NCBI GenBank assembly: GCA_001820175.1
Contig: MHOT01000010.1
Span: 8,578-72,577, forward strand
Direction of reading: 5' to 3'
DNA length: 64,000 nucleotides
From: Candidatus Staskawiczbacteria bacterium RIFCSPHIGHO2_02_FULL_42_22
GTDB taxonomy: Bacteria > Patescibacteriota > Minisyncoccia > Minisyncoccales > Staskawiczbacteraceae
This document shows, piece after piece, positions 49,911-59,777 of this stretch. The position numbers and the translations under genes were made by a program. The first letter of the stretch is position 1, and every line of letters starts with the position of its first letter. The notes beneath the pieces are model-generated. The model worked only from the letters and a program-made list of their open reading frames with translations, ran no database searches and was not told the DNA's origin.

Positions 49911-50086
49911 AATTATTCTAATTGCTCTAATTAACCTAATTATTCTAATCAATCCGCCGGCTGGCGGACCAAATAAGTGAATGCCTAATTTCTAAACCGT
50001 TTTAGAATTTAGAGTTTAGAATTTAGAGTTTCAAACTTGGGATTTGATTAGGTCAATTAGTATAATTAGGTTAATTAGAAATTAAC
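49911..50086. repeat. Nested word-stutter hairpin (AATTAG words outside, CTAAA words inside)
   Basis: aattattctaattgctctaattaacctaattattctaatc ... gattaggtcaattagtataattaggttaattagaaatt. Confidence 0.8.
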
Positions 50087-50156
50087 TATACTCTATCCCA
50101 AAAATTGTATATTTTCAATAAAGTTGATAAAATATAAGTAATCCAAAGTAAATAGT

Positions 50157-51191
50157 ATGTCAAGATTTCCCATTATAAAAATTGCCAAGAAAGTGTGTCC
50201 GGCGGTAATTAGCGTTATCGTTTCCAAAGATCTTCCCAAGGTGGAGGACTTTTACAGTTTTCCCTATGGCGGCAAAGAGTACATTATGCCCATGATCCAA
50301 AAAGATGGTTCCGGGGTGGTGGAAAAAACTCAAATTGGCGGCGGTTCGGGGTTTATTATCTCTTCCAACGGCTATGTATTAACTTCAAATCATGTGGTGG
50401 CCGATATGACCGCTGAATACACGGTAATTGTTGATCCGGAACACAAATATCCGGCCAAAATTTTGTCACGAAACCCCATTAATGATGTGGCAGTGTTAAA
50501 AATAGAAGGAAAGAACTTTCCGTTTATCCCGCTTGCTAATTCCGACCATATTCAAATAGGTGAAGACGTGGTGGCCGTAGGTAACCCTTTGGGAGAATTT
50601 ACCGATACCTTGTCGGCTGGCATTGTTTCTGGCCTTTCCCGCTACATTACCGCTTTTGGGGGAACTGATCACCAAATGCAAAACCTGCGGGGATTAATAC
50701 AGACCGATGCGGCTATAAATCCTGGTAATTCTGGAGGGCCGCTGGTAAACATGAAAGGGCAGGTCATTGGCATTAACACCGCCATGATTATGGGTGCGCA
50801 AAATATTGGTTTTGCTATTCCTATTAATTATGCCAAAAAGGATTTAGACCAAGTAAGAAAATATGGCAAAATTGTGGTGCCTTTCCTAGGTATAAAATAC
50901 GTGATTATTTCCAAGGAAATGGCCAAGGCCAACAAATTATCTGTTGAGGATGGCGCTTTGGTGGTACGCGAGGCCTTGGGTGAGCATCCGGTCATTAAGG
51001 GTTCGGCTGCTGATAGGGCTGGCATTAAGGAATTTGATATTTTAGTGGAATGCAACGGAGAAAAAATTACGACTCAAAATCCGCTGATGCAAGCATTACA
51101 AAAATGCAAAATTGGGGAAGAGACCGTATTTAAGGTCTTGCGCGATGGGAAGGAGTTAATACTGAAGGCGGTGCTTTCGGAAAAGGAGTAG
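50157..51191 (+). CDS. HtrA/DegP-family serine protease with PDZ domain
   Basis: GSGFIISSNGYVLTSNHVV, D.AVLKI, GNSGGPLVN. Confidence 0.9.
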   Translation: MSRFPIIKIAKKVCPAVISVIVSKDLPKVEDFYSFPYGGKEYIMPMIQKDGSGVVEKTQIGGGSGFIISSNGYVLTSNHVVADMTAEYTVIVDPEHKYPAKILSRNPINDVAVLKIEGKNFPFIPLANSDHIQIGEDVVAVGNPLGEFTDTLSAGIVSGLSRYITAFGGTDHQMQNLRGLIQTDAAINPGNSGGPLVNMKGQVIGINTAMIMGAQNIGFAIPINYAKKDLDQVRKYGKIVVPFLGIKYVIISKEMAKANKLSVEDGALVVREALGEHPVIKGSAADRAGIKEFDILVECNGEKITTQNPLMQALQKCKIGEETVFKVLRDGKELILKAVLSEKE

Positions 51192-51200
51192 AAAGGTTTT

Positions 51201-51252
51201 AGGCCAGCCGAGGCAAAGAAATGTTGCAACATTTCTTTGCCTCGGCTGGCCT
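51201..51252 (+). terminator. 24-bp perfect hairpin after the protease gene
   Basis: aggccagccgaggcaaagaaatgt tgca acatttctttgcctcggctggcct. Confidence 0.6.
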
Positions 51253-51295
51253 TTGCAAACCTTGGTGGCTCATTAACAATGAAAGAGGGTTAACT

Positions 51296-51790
51296 GTGAT
51301 ACAAAATCTCAAAAGGGCGCCGTATATTTGCGGAGGATTAACCGGATTACGCGAGGGAATAAAAAAATCAGCGAAAGTATTTTACGAAAGAGTCGCAGAG
51401 GCGCTTGAGGACATTACCGGACAAAGGCCGTTTGTGCCCCATAAGCATTATGATCCCGAAGAACATAAGGATTTTACTCCGGCCCAAGTGGATGCGGCAG
51501 AGCGGCAACAGGTATGCTGTCATACTTCGGTGGTAATCGCCGTAACTCTGGCGCCTTCATGGGGTGGTGGCATTGAGGTGGAAATGGCCAATCACGCCGG
51601 AGTACCGGTCATTTTGCTATGCCAGGAATACATGCTCGACCAACGGTTAATTTCGCGGCTCTTGCGTGGAAACCCCGCCGTCAAAATGGTTATATTATAC
51701 GCCAACGAAAGTCAAGCGATTGCCAAGTTGCTACTTGCCCGAGAAGAAATAAACGCCCTTATCAATCACAACAATGCGGTAGTTATTTAA
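51296..51790 (+). CDS. Nucleoside 2-deoxyribosyltransferase-like protein (GC-rich)
   Basis: APYICGGLTG and SWGGGIEVEMANHAGVPVILL; GTG 51296 with GAAAGAGGG RBS; the tracked 5' extension is the hairpin. Confidence 0.45.
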   Translation: MIQNLKRAPYICGGLTGLREGIKKSAKVFYERVAEALEDITGQRPFVPHKHYDPEEHKDFTPAQVDAAERQQVCCHTSVVIAVTLAPSWGGGIEVEMANHAGVPVILLCQEYMLDQRLISRLLRGNPAVKMVILYANESQAIAKLLLAREEINALINHNNAVVI

Positions 51791-51914
51791 ACAAAACAGC
51801 CCAACCGAAAGGTCGGGCTATTTTTTGGATAATTCTTTATACTCTATACCTTGAATTACGAAATTCCAAACGAAATTGTCATGCCGCCCGCCGCGGCGGG
51901 CGGCTCGCAATGAC

Positions 51915-52098
51915 ATATGGACATCACATCCAGAAACCGCACTAAAGTCGCCGGCGGTTTGGCAATCTTGGGCGGCTTGGAACAAAAAATATGCGAGGCG
52001 TAGCCGAATCTACGCCGAACATATTTTTTGTGAAAACTGCCCAAGATTGGCAAATCCGGCAAGAGTTGGAGTGCGGTTTCTGGATGTGATGTCCATAT
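51915..52098. repeat. 184-bp nested palindromic element with GAAACCGCACTAAAGT core
   Basis: Outer 28-bp perfect arms atatggacatcacatccagaaaccgcac / gtgcggtttctggatgtgatgtccatat; inner nested inverted repeats. Confidence 0.85.
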
Positions 52099-52148
52099 TT
52101 ACCTAAATCAACCAAAAATCGCCTTAAAAAAGGGCGATTTTTTATTTG

Positions 52149-52220
52149 AGCGGGTAAGGAGAGTCGAACTCCTATCTACTGGTTGGAAACCAGTAGTAAT
52201 GGCCGTTATACTATACCCGC
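52149..52220 (-). tRNA. tRNA-Gly, anticodon UCC
   Basis: Acceptor GCGGGTA/TACCCGC, stem ACTGG/CCAGT, loop TTTCCAA. Confidence 0.8.
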
Positions 52221-52222
52221 AA

Positions 52223-52912
52223 TTATGTTATATTTAATTTATTTACTTGATTTAAACTAGATTCTATCCATCCCATTATTCGTCTATGAAGCATTCTCCC
52301 AAATTCTTTTTCGCCACAACTTCTGATACATACATGCATTGTTCCATAAGGCAAGGTTTTTCTTTTTACCGTTGATTTATTATCCCTCCTATCAATGTAG
52401 ATTTTGGCGAACTGTTTTTCATGAATTCCGGTTACCCTTGACCAATAATTAAGGGTTTCTTCGATATTGTTATCTGGATAACAATGAATAGCTAGACTGA
52501 AATTCTCATCTTTTAGTTTGCAAATTTCCCTAAACCATACCATAGCAACTTTTATCATTTCTGGGTTAGAATTAGAAAACCTAATCTGCTCAAACGCTTT
52601 AGTTCCTTCTCCTAAATAAAGCCCGATCCCTAAAAGCCACAAATCTCTTTTTGTTAATGTTCCCAGTTCCTCACGAGCCAATTCTCTCATTTCATTTATT
52701 TCTGAAATCTTCTGATTGTGCTTAAATGAAGCTGACTTTAATTTTGCCAACCCGATTCTTTTTATAAGTTCTGCATTGGGAGAAAAGGGGATTCCACTGA
52801 GCCAATTGCTCAACGTACTTTTATTTACCTCTATTTTACTGCTAATCATGTTATAAGAATAACCCTTTTTCCTGTAATATATAGCCTTTTCTTTAATGCT
52901 TAAATTTTTCAT
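52223..52912 (-). CDS. HTH + LAGLIDADG-like (GLYLGEGTK) endonuclease-like protein, paralog of 18216-18878
   Basis: KGYSYNMISSKIEVNKSTLSNWL HTH, LLGIGLYLGEGTK; stop codon 2 nt from the tRNA-Gly 5' end. Confidence 0.45.
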   Translation of the reverse strand: MKNLSIKEKAIYYRKKGYSYNMISSKIEVNKSTLSNWLSGIPFSPNAELIKRIGLAKLKSASFKHNQKISEINEMRELAREELGTLTKRDLWLLGIGLYLGEGTKAFEQIRFSNSNPEMIKVAMVWFREICKLKDENFSLAIHCYPDNNIEETLNYWSRVTGIHEKQFAKIYIDRRDNKSTVKRKTLPYGTMHVCIRSCGEKEFGRMLHRRIMGWIESSLNQVNKLNIT

Positions 52913-52977
52913 GGTTGTATTAAACCTACAACTATATTATATCAAACAATGCATAGGGGTTCAATCCACAACCCTTC

Positions 52978-54507
52978 CTACAACTCTTTGGCCGTTAGAT
53001 ATTCTACCGGGGAAAAGTCGTCGGTCAGCAAGGGAAACAGCGAAAGGTCAAATTGACCGATATTAATCTCTTTTTGAGATAAACCGGCGATGATGGGGTT
53101 TGAATTGCCCCGTACCCTTGACGAGGCAACATCTATCTTCTCCGTGCCATTATAACCAATAAAAATGATATTTTGCAAGTCCGTGCCGTGGGGCGAGCGG
53201 ACGGCAAAAAAGTAACTGTTATCAAACACCCTTTTAAATGTTTTTATTTCGGACAACAATAAAGAAGGTGGGGTTTTCGATAAACTTCCAATGACATTAG
53301 CCACAAATACGCCGTTGGCGCTTAATTTACTTTTGGCAAGAGAAAAAAATTCCCGGGTAGTCAAATGGCTGGGCGTTGAATACACCGAAGAAAAAGCGTC
53401 GGAAAATATGAGATCGTATTTTTTTGGGGAATCATGTAACAACCTTCTGCCATCCTCGACCACATTATGAATCCTTGTATCATCGGGTACGCTAAAGTAT
53501 TGCCGGGCCAAATCAAACAGCGACGGTTCTATTTCAGCCACATCAATTTGTACATTTGGCGCATCTTCCAACAATGCTTTCGGCACAGAATATGCCCCGC
53601 CCCCTATCATGAGCGCATTTTGTATATTAGGATTAAAAATTTTATACGCTGCGTAATATTTAGTGTATTCAAACACCAGATCATCTGATGTTAAAAACCC
53701 TGCCGCGGAGGGATTGCGATCTTGCATCAAAAACCTGGCGCCTTGGCCGCTATATAATCCGTCGTATATGACAATTCGTTGGTAGAGGCCGTCTTGGCTA
53801 TACACCGCATTTTGTATTGTAGGCCCACTCAACGAAATAGTGCGGTGCAAGTAAAAAAAGAAGCTGGTAAGCAAAAGAACCAAGAGTATTTTATACCAGA
53901 TAGATATCTTAAATAAAAAAATGAGGCCCAGGCACATCAGTAAAAAACCCACCCCTATCATGATGGTATTAATTCCCAGGCGCGGAATCAGAAAAAACCC
54001 GGCCGACAAGCTGCCGGCAATACTCCCCAGGGTTGACCAAAAAAATATCACTCCCGATGCGCTCCCCACGCCAATGCTTTCTTGGCGCATGGTTTGGAGT
54101 TTTATGGCAAAGGGAGACAACATACCCAATAAAAAACTTTGGAAAAAGAATAGAAGGAGCGAAGAAACCATAGGCCCTTCTACCATGGAAAGCGAGTAAC
54201 CAAAGGTTGGTAAGAAAAGAGCGCCCACAAGGTGTAAAAAAATAATACTGGCGCCACTGACAACAATAATACCGTAAAATAGTGTTTCGCGGGGATATGT
54301 GTCAGACAGTTTGCCGCCCACATAGTACCCCAAACTCAACGCCGCTAATACCACGCTAATGACGCTGGAAACCGCAAAAATGGTGTTGCCAAAATAGGGA
54401 GCCAAAATACGGATGGCCAATATTTCGACAATCAACACACAGGCCCCGGTAATAAATACCACAAAAGGGAGGGTGGATTTTTTAAAAAAAAGAGAAAAAA
54501 AATACAT
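52978..54507 (-). CDS. Fused membrane domain / spermidine synthase-like aminopropyltransferase
   Basis: About 7 N-terminal TM segments; GGGAYSVPK, DVAEIEP, DLIFSDAF methyltransferase-fold motifs. Confidence 0.7.
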   Translation of the reverse strand: MYFFSLFFKKSTLPFVVFITGACVLIVEILAIRILAPYFGNTIFAVSSVISVVLAALSLGYYVGGKLSDTYPRETLFYGIIVVSGASIIFLHLVGALFLPTFGYSLSMVEGPMVSSLLLFFFQSFLLGMLSPFAIKLQTMRQESIGVGSASGVIFFWSTLGSIAGSLSAGFFLIPRLGINTIMIGVGFLLMCLGLIFLFKISIWYKILLVLLLTSFFFYLHRTISLSGPTIQNAVYSQDGLYQRIVIYDGLYSGQGARFLMQDRNPSAAGFLTSDDLVFEYTKYYAAYKIFNPNIQNALMIGGGAYSVPKALLEDAPNVQIDVAEIEPSLFDLARQYFSVPDDTRIHNVVEDGRRLLHDSPKKYDLIFSDAFSSVYSTPSHLTTREFFSLAKSKLSANGVFVANVIGSLSKTPPSLLLSEIKTFKRVFDNSYFFAVRSPHGTDLQNIIFIGYNGTEKIDVASSRVRGNSNPIIAGLSQKEINIGQFDLSLFPLLTDDFSPVEYLTAKEL

Positions 54508-54514
54508 TTTTTTG

Positions 54515-54585
54515 TCGGGGTGCCGAGATTCGAACTCGGACTAAATCGTCCCAAACGATTCGTGCTACCGTTGCACTACACCCCG
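54515..54585 (-). tRNA. tRNA-Pro, anticodon UGG
   Basis: Acceptor CGGGGTG/CACCCCG, stem AATCG/CGATT, loop TTTGGGA. Confidence 0.8.
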
Positions 54586-54687
54586 TATTTTTGAAATCCT
54601 AAATCCTAGATACTAAATCGCTTTAATACTATCTAAAAAAACGTAACTTGTCAAAGGGTAAAATTCGTGATAGGATTCCAGTTGATT

Positions 54688-54764
54688 GTCCCCGTAGCTC
54701 AACTGGATAGAGCGACTCTCTTCTAAGGAGTAGGTTGTGTGTTCGACTCACACCGGGGACACCA
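54688..54764 (+). tRNA. tRNA-Arg, anticodon UCU (CCA encoded)
   Basis: Acceptor GTCCCCG/CGGGGAC, stem ACTCT/GGAGT, loop CTTCTAA. Confidence 0.8.
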
Positions 54765-54827
54765 CCTCAGATTTATTCCACAGATTGATTGATTGCCCTT
54801 CCCTGACTGGCATAATATAATAATCCT

Positions 54828-55325
54828 ATGCCAATAGTTAAATGTAAAAAATGCCAAAAGGAATTTTATGCAAAACCCCATTGGTTAAAAAGGGGGTGGG
54901 GGAAATACTGTTCTCGCAATTGCCAATACAAAGGTCAATTAACAGGAGAATTTGTAAAATGCTACATTTGCAAAAAGAAGACTTGGAAAACCCCGCGCCA
55001 ATTAAAAAACTCCAAAAGTGGTAAATATTTTTGCAATAAATCATGCCAGACCTTATGGCGCAATAGCATCGTTTATGTCGGCCAAAACCACCCTAATTGG
55101 AAAAACGGCGATAGTGTGTACAGGAAAACTTTAAAAAGAAGCCAAAGAAAAGAAGTTTGTTCTTTATGTAAGACAGTGGATAAGCGAATACTAGCAGTTC
55201 ATCATTTGGATAAAAATAGAAAAAATTCCAAATTAGAAAATCTTATATGGCTTTGCCATAATTGTCACTTTTTAGTTCATCACGACCCAGAAACAACAAA
55301 AAAACTTATGGAGGCCATAGTGTAG
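54828..55325 (+). CDS. HNH endonuclease with N-terminal zinc ribbons; 3' end overlaps tRNA-His
   Basis: CKKC..., CSLCK...VHHLDKNRKNSKLENLIWLCHNCHFLVHH. Confidence 0.8.
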   Translation: MPIVKCKKCQKEFYAKPHWLKRGWGKYCSRNCQYKGQLTGEFVKCYICKKKTWKTPRQLKNSKSGKYFCNKSCQTLWRNSIVYVGQNHPNWKNGDSVYRKTLKRSQRKEVCSLCKTVDKRILAVHHLDKNRKNSKLENLIWLCHNCHFLVHHDPETTKKLMEAIV

Positions 55326-55384
55326 CAGCAACACAACACTCTGTGGCAGTGTTATCGGGAGTGCAACTCTCCTTGGCCTCCCCA
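55310..55384 (+). tRNA. tRNA-His, anticodon GUG, with G-1 and encoded CCA
   Basis: 8-bp acceptor GGAGGCCA/TGGCCTCC, stem ACACT/AGTGT, loop CTGTGGC, T loop TGCAACT; the D loop lacks GG, so somewhat atypical. Confidence 0.7.
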
Positions 55385-55474
55385 AAAGCACAGTTACAAA
55401 GACACCTATCTTTTAAAAGATGGGTGTTTTTGTTATAATAAGATACAATATAGATATATTAATATACACGACCT

Positions 55475-55990
55475 ATGAATGAATTTAATGCACTCTACGA
55501 ATTTATCAATTTAGCCCAGAAAAATAGGAAATATCCCGCCAATACCGCCCATGGGAGGAGGGCGGCTTTAAAGTTATTTGAAACAGTATTGCATCCCGAT
55601 GAACTAGAAGACCTGCGCTTAATAGAAGAAAAAATGAAGGAGATTTATCTGGATTTAATCAGTAAACACAGAGACACTTTTAGCATTGCATCGTTAAATA
55701 CCTACAAAGGAAGATTCTTAAAAGTTATATCTGACTACAAAAAATACGGTAATCCTCAATCTTTTGCCCATTGGGAAACAAAAATCCGCAGGTACAAGAA
55801 TAAAAACACAGAAAAAGATAGTAAAAAAGATATATATTTATCTGACGTATCTTTGCCAATTCACAGCCCTGTGAATAAGATTAAGATATCTTTTGATAGC
55901 GAAAGAAATTGCGTCATAGAATTACCACCTAAGCTCACCAAAGAAGATGCCTCTATCATAATAAAGATTATCGAATCATTGGCCGATTAG
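55475..55990 (+). CDS. Hypothetical protein
   Basis: 171-aa low-GC ORF. Confidence 0.4.
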   Translation: MNEFNALYEFINLAQKNRKYPANTAHGRRAALKLFETVLHPDELEDLRLIEEKMKEIYLDLISKHRDTFSIASLNTYKGRFLKVISDYKKYGNPQSFAHWETKIRRYKNKNTEKDSKKDIYLSDVSLPIHSPVNKIKISFDSERNCVIELPPKLTKEDASIIIKIIESLAD

Positions 55991-56087
55991 ATAATCTGTG
56001 GAAAACTTTCTTTAATTTAAATTGACAAATGAGGAAAATATGATAAATTACTTATAGTTCGTTGACATCAGGATATCACCCGTTTCA

Positions 56088-57197
56088 ATGGAGGAAAATA
56101 TGGAAAACTTCCATGACATTCAAGACACATGGAAAAAATTGAAAGAGCAGGAGCAACGCATCGCCTCCCAGCAAGGTAATCTGCACCACGAACTTTCCAA
56201 GATTGACGGTAATCAGCATGCCATTGAAAAAAGGCGACTGAAAAAAAGCTGCAAAGAACTGCGGAATCAAATTGATCACCACGAAGAGTGCATCCGCCGA
56301 AGGATTGTCTTTATCAATCGATGGGATCGTTTCTTTGGGGAAATGTGGAGAGCTTTCATATTTTCCTTTGTGTACATTCTGGAATGGATCAAAGGAAGCG
56401 CAGAAAATGTTGTGAACGAACAATGTGATGACTTGATTGTAGCCCAGCAAGTAGCCGCCTACAAAAGAAAGAATGCAAAAGAAAGAAAAGAAATAGAAAA
56501 CCTGACAGCCGTGCTTCATGCTGCCGTAGAAAAAATCGCTGAAATTGATAAAACCCAAGATCGAGCGCGAGAATCTTTAGAAAAAACGCTACTAGAGGTT
56601 CGCCAAGCAATGGCAATACACCGAGAAGCTATGCTGCAATGGGCAACCGAATATGAAGAAAATCTTCGTTGGGTGCTCGAACACAATCCTTCTTGGCGCC
56701 AGGCGCTTGAAAATCATTGGCGACAATTCAGAGGCGGCAATTTACCCGGGTTCCTCTTAAAAGGTATTCCCGAGCCACAAAGCTCAAAAATGGCGCCCAA
56801 AAAACCTGTGAGAAGGAACGTGAAACCTGAAAACAGCCGCGTAAAAGATGATGTAAAGCTACAGCAACAACCATGGACGTTTCTTGTAGCGGTTAACACA
56901 CAGGAAAACTATTTCCTATTAACCCAAGACCGCGCTCAGTTCACCGGGAAATTAAGCGCGATGTTCCAAAAAAATAACTACCATGGACTCGGGGCTAACA
57001 CGGTGTATAAAAAAATCATTGCCATCAGCAATATGGGCGTTCAGCGGCGCCAACACATAAAAGAGGTTTCCCACAACCCCGAATTTGCAGGTTGGAAAAT
57101 TGTAAGAATCGGCCGGCATCGTATTTTATTTTCCATTGATGAAACGAATCGCCAAATACGTCTGGTCATCCGCCCTCGGAAAAAGGCATACGATTGA
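56088..57197 (+). CDS. Coiled-coil protein with RelE/ParE-like C-terminal domain
   Basis: The C-terminus WKIVRIGRHRILFSIDETNRQIRLVIRPRKKAYD matches the RelE/ParE beta-sheet signature; the N-terminal 270 aa are charged and helical. Confidence 0.5.
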   Translation: MEENMENFHDIQDTWKKLKEQEQRIASQQGNLHHELSKIDGNQHAIEKRRLKKSCKELRNQIDHHEECIRRRIVFINRWDRFFGEMWRAFIFSFVYILEWIKGSAENVVNEQCDDLIVAQQVAAYKRKNAKERKEIENLTAVLHAAVEKIAEIDKTQDRARESLEKTLLEVRQAMAIHREAMLQWATEYEENLRWVLEHNPSWRQALENHWRQFRGGNLPGFLLKGIPEPQSSKMAPKKPVRRNVKPENSRVKDDVKLQQQPWTFLVAVNTQENYFLLTQDRAQFTGKLSAMFQKNNYHGLGANTVYKKIIAISNMGVQRRQHIKEVSHNPEFAGWKIVRIGRHRILFSIDETNRQIRLVIRPRKKAYD

Positions 57198-57301
57198 ACC
57201 AATCCACAACACCAATTTATTTTGGTGTTTTTTTATACAAACGCCGCGGGCTGCAGCCCGCGGCGTTTTGGTTCTATTCACTACTCACTATCAACTACAA
57301 A

Positions 57302-58834
57302 CTAGCGCGCGTACTCCACCACCCGGTTTTCCCGAATCACCGTCACCTTAATCTCTCCTGGATACTTTAATTCTTCTTCAATATTGGCGGCAATTTGACG
57401 GGCCATTTTTTGCACAGCTAAATCATCTACTTTGTCGGCCTTCACAAACACGCGAATCTCCCTGCCGGCCTGAATGGCATACGCCCGGTCTATTCCTTCA
57501 AATTTATTAGCAATGTCTTCAAGGGCTTTTAATCGTTGTAAATAATTTTCGATGCTATCTTTGCGGGCCCCCGGACGGCTAGCCGAAATAGAATCCGCCA
57601 CAATCACAATGGCGCCTTCAACCGAATCCACCGGATAGTCGCCATGATGGGCTCGCATGGCATGAATAATTTCTTCTTTTTCGCCAAACTTTTCTAAAAT
57701 TTTAATACCAATTTCAATGTGACTTCCCTCCATTTGCTGATCCAGGGCCTTTCCAATATCGTGAAATAACCCTGCACGTTTGGCAATCGGAGCATTAGCT
57801 CCAATTTCTTCAGCAATGGTCTCGGCAATTAATGCCACCTCCATGGAATGCTGCAAGACATTTTGGCCATACGAAGTCCTATAATAGAGCCGTCCTAAAA
57901 TTTGCACCAATTTATCTTGTACGCCCAAGATATTCATGTCATATAGGGTTTTTTCCCCTGCATCTTTTATCACCTTTGAAATCTCCTGCTTTGCCTCTTC
58001 TACCTTTTCCTCAATTTTTGCCGGCTGAATTCTACCATCCTGGATTAATTTATTAAGCGCCATGGTGGCAATTTGACGGCGCACCGGATTAAAGCAGGAA
58101 ATGACCACGGAATCGGGCGTATCATCAATTAATACTTCGACTCCCGTTATTTTTTCAAAGGTTTTAATATTCCGGCCTTCCTTGCCGATAATTCTTCCTT
58201 TAATATCTTCGCTGGCCAAGTGAATGGTGGTGGTAGAAAGTTCCAAGGTGTGATTGATCGCGCATTTTTGAATGGCCAGCGTTACAATTTCCCGGGCCTT
58301 TACAGCCAAGGCATCCTGTCCCGACTGCTCTAATTTTTTTATTCTTTCCAAAATGTCTTTTTCTGAGTCCTTTTCTACCAGCACCAGCAATTCTTTTTTA
58401 GCATCTTCGCGGGATAAGCTGGCCACTTTTTCTAATTTCGTTTCGGCTTCCTGGCGCAACGCTTCTAAATTTTCTTTTACCGTTTTTAATTTTTCAACTT
58501 TTTCTTCAAGCTCGACTTCTTTTTTATCAAAACCGGCTATTTTTGTTTCCAGCAGTTTTTCCCGGTCCAATAATACTTGCTGGGCTTTCAAAAATTCTCG
58601 TCGCCGCTGGTCAATTTCTTTTTGGGCGGCCTCGATAATTTGAGCGGCCTTGGTTTCAGAGGTCTTTAGCAATTCCGTGGTTTCTTCTTTGGTTTGCTGG
58701 ACTTTTTTGACAAGTTTAGCCTCCAAAGAACCGGCCCGTTTTTTGGCCAGTGATTGACGCACATAGTAGCCAGTAATACATCCGATTATCAGCGCCACCG
58801 TGGCACCGATAAATGTGATAATTATTTGATCCAT
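57302..58834 (-). CDS. rny: Ribonuclease Y
   Basis: N-terminal TM, coiled coil, KH (IIGKEGRNIK), HD domain (HDIGKA). Confidence 0.9.
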   Translation of the reverse strand: MDQIIITFIGATVALIIGCITGYYVRQSLAKKRAGSLEAKLVKKVQQTKEETTELLKTSETKAAQIIEAAQKEIDQRRREFLKAQQVLLDREKLLETKIAGFDKKEVELEEKVEKLKTVKENLEALRQEAETKLEKVASLSREDAKKELLVLVEKDSEKDILERIKKLEQSGQDALAVKAREIVTLAIQKCAINHTLELSTTTIHLASEDIKGRIIGKEGRNIKTFEKITGVEVLIDDTPDSVVISCFNPVRRQIATMALNKLIQDGRIQPAKIEEKVEEAKQEISKVIKDAGEKTLYDMNILGVQDKLVQILGRLYYRTSYGQNVLQHSMEVALIAETIAEEIGANAPIAKRAGLFHDIGKALDQQMEGSHIEIGIKILEKFGEKEEIIHAMRAHHGDYPVDSVEGAIVIVADSISASRPGARKDSIENYLQRLKALEDIANKFEGIDRAYAIQAGREIRVFVKADKVDDLAVQKMARQIAANIEEELKYPGEIKVTVIRENRVVEYAR

Positions 58835-58840
58835 GGTCGT

Positions 58841-58982
58841 GAATTTGAAATTTGAAATTTACAATTTGAAATCAATACTAAATGTTTCAATGTTTTAATT
58901 TGAAAACACGACGTATTTAAACATTTTAAATTTCAAATATTTCAAATTGACTTCAAATTTCAAATTGTAAATTTCAAATTTT
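58841..58982. repeat. Word-stutter hairpin (GAAATTT/CAAATTT words)
   Basis: gaatttgaaatttgaaatttacaatttgaaatc ... gacttcaaatttcaaattgtaaatttcaaatt. Confidence 0.8.
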
Positions 58983-59054
58983 AATATTTTGTAAACAAAC
59001 AAAACTCAACTAACATGGTGAGTTTGACATACTTTCACGAATCTTAGAAAGATT

Positions 59055-59639
59055 TTATTTACTAGCTCCTATAACTTCATCAATAAGCCCGTACTTCTGG
59101 GCTTCAACAGCGGTCATATAAAAATCGCGGTCGGTATCTCTTTCAATCGTTTCCTTTGGCTGACCGGTGTGGCTGGCCAAAATCTCATTTATCTTGCCTT
59201 TGATTTTTAATATTTGCTTAGCCGCAATTTCAATTTCCGTAGCTTGACCTTGGGCTCCGCTAGAAACTTGGTGGAGCATTATTTCGGCATTTGGCAGAGC
59301 AAATCGCTTGCCCTTACTGCCGCACGCCAACAAAACCGCACCCATGGAAGCCGCCAAACCTATGCAAATGGTTGACACCGGACACTTGATAAACTGCATG
59401 GTGTCGTAAATTGCCAAGCCAGCCGTAACCGAACCGCCGGGGCTGTTGATGTAAAGCTTAATGTCTTTTTTCGGGTCCTTTGATACCAAATACAGCATTT
59501 GTGCAATAACCACATTTGCATTCATATCGGTAACGGAACCCGCCAAAAAAACGATCCGCTCTTCTAAAAGCCGTGAAAATATGTCATATACGCGCTCACC
59601 GCGTTGTGATTTTTCTACAATAGTTGGTACTATTGGCAT
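59055..59639 (-). CDS. clpP: ATP-dependent Clp protease proteolytic subunit
   Basis: [15 protein letters not shown], catalytic GLAASMG, MLHQ. Confidence 0.95.
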   Translation of the reverse strand: MPIVPTIVEKSQRGERVYDIFSRLLEERIVFLAGSVTDMNANVVIAQMLYLVSKDPKKDIKLYINSPGGSVTAGLAIYDTMQFIKCPVSTICIGLAASMGAVLLACGSKGKRFALPNAEIMLHQVSSGAQGQATEIEIAAKQILKIKGKINEILASHTGQPKETIERDTDRDFYMTAVEAQKYGLIDEVIGASK

Positions 59640-59646
59640 CTTTGTA

Positions 59647-59777
59647 AATTATTCTAATTATTCTAATTTCTAATTGACCTAAATAAATCCCAAAAAACTA
59701 AGCCCCGAAACGTCTTAGAAATTAGACATTTTCGCATTGGGATTTGATTAGAATAATTAGGTTAATTAGTATAATTA
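59647..59777. repeat. Word-stutter hairpin (AATTAG/TTCTAA words)
   Basis: aattattctaattattctaatttctaattgacc ... gattagaataattaggttaattagtataattagaa. Confidence 0.8.

Noticed and set aside
56085-56558. 157-aa minus-strand ORF with hydrophobic stretches overlapping the start of 56088-57197
   Set aside because: It is fully antisense to a longer ORF that carries a recognisable C-terminal domain, and it has no start context. It is kept as unlikely, though not formally excluded.
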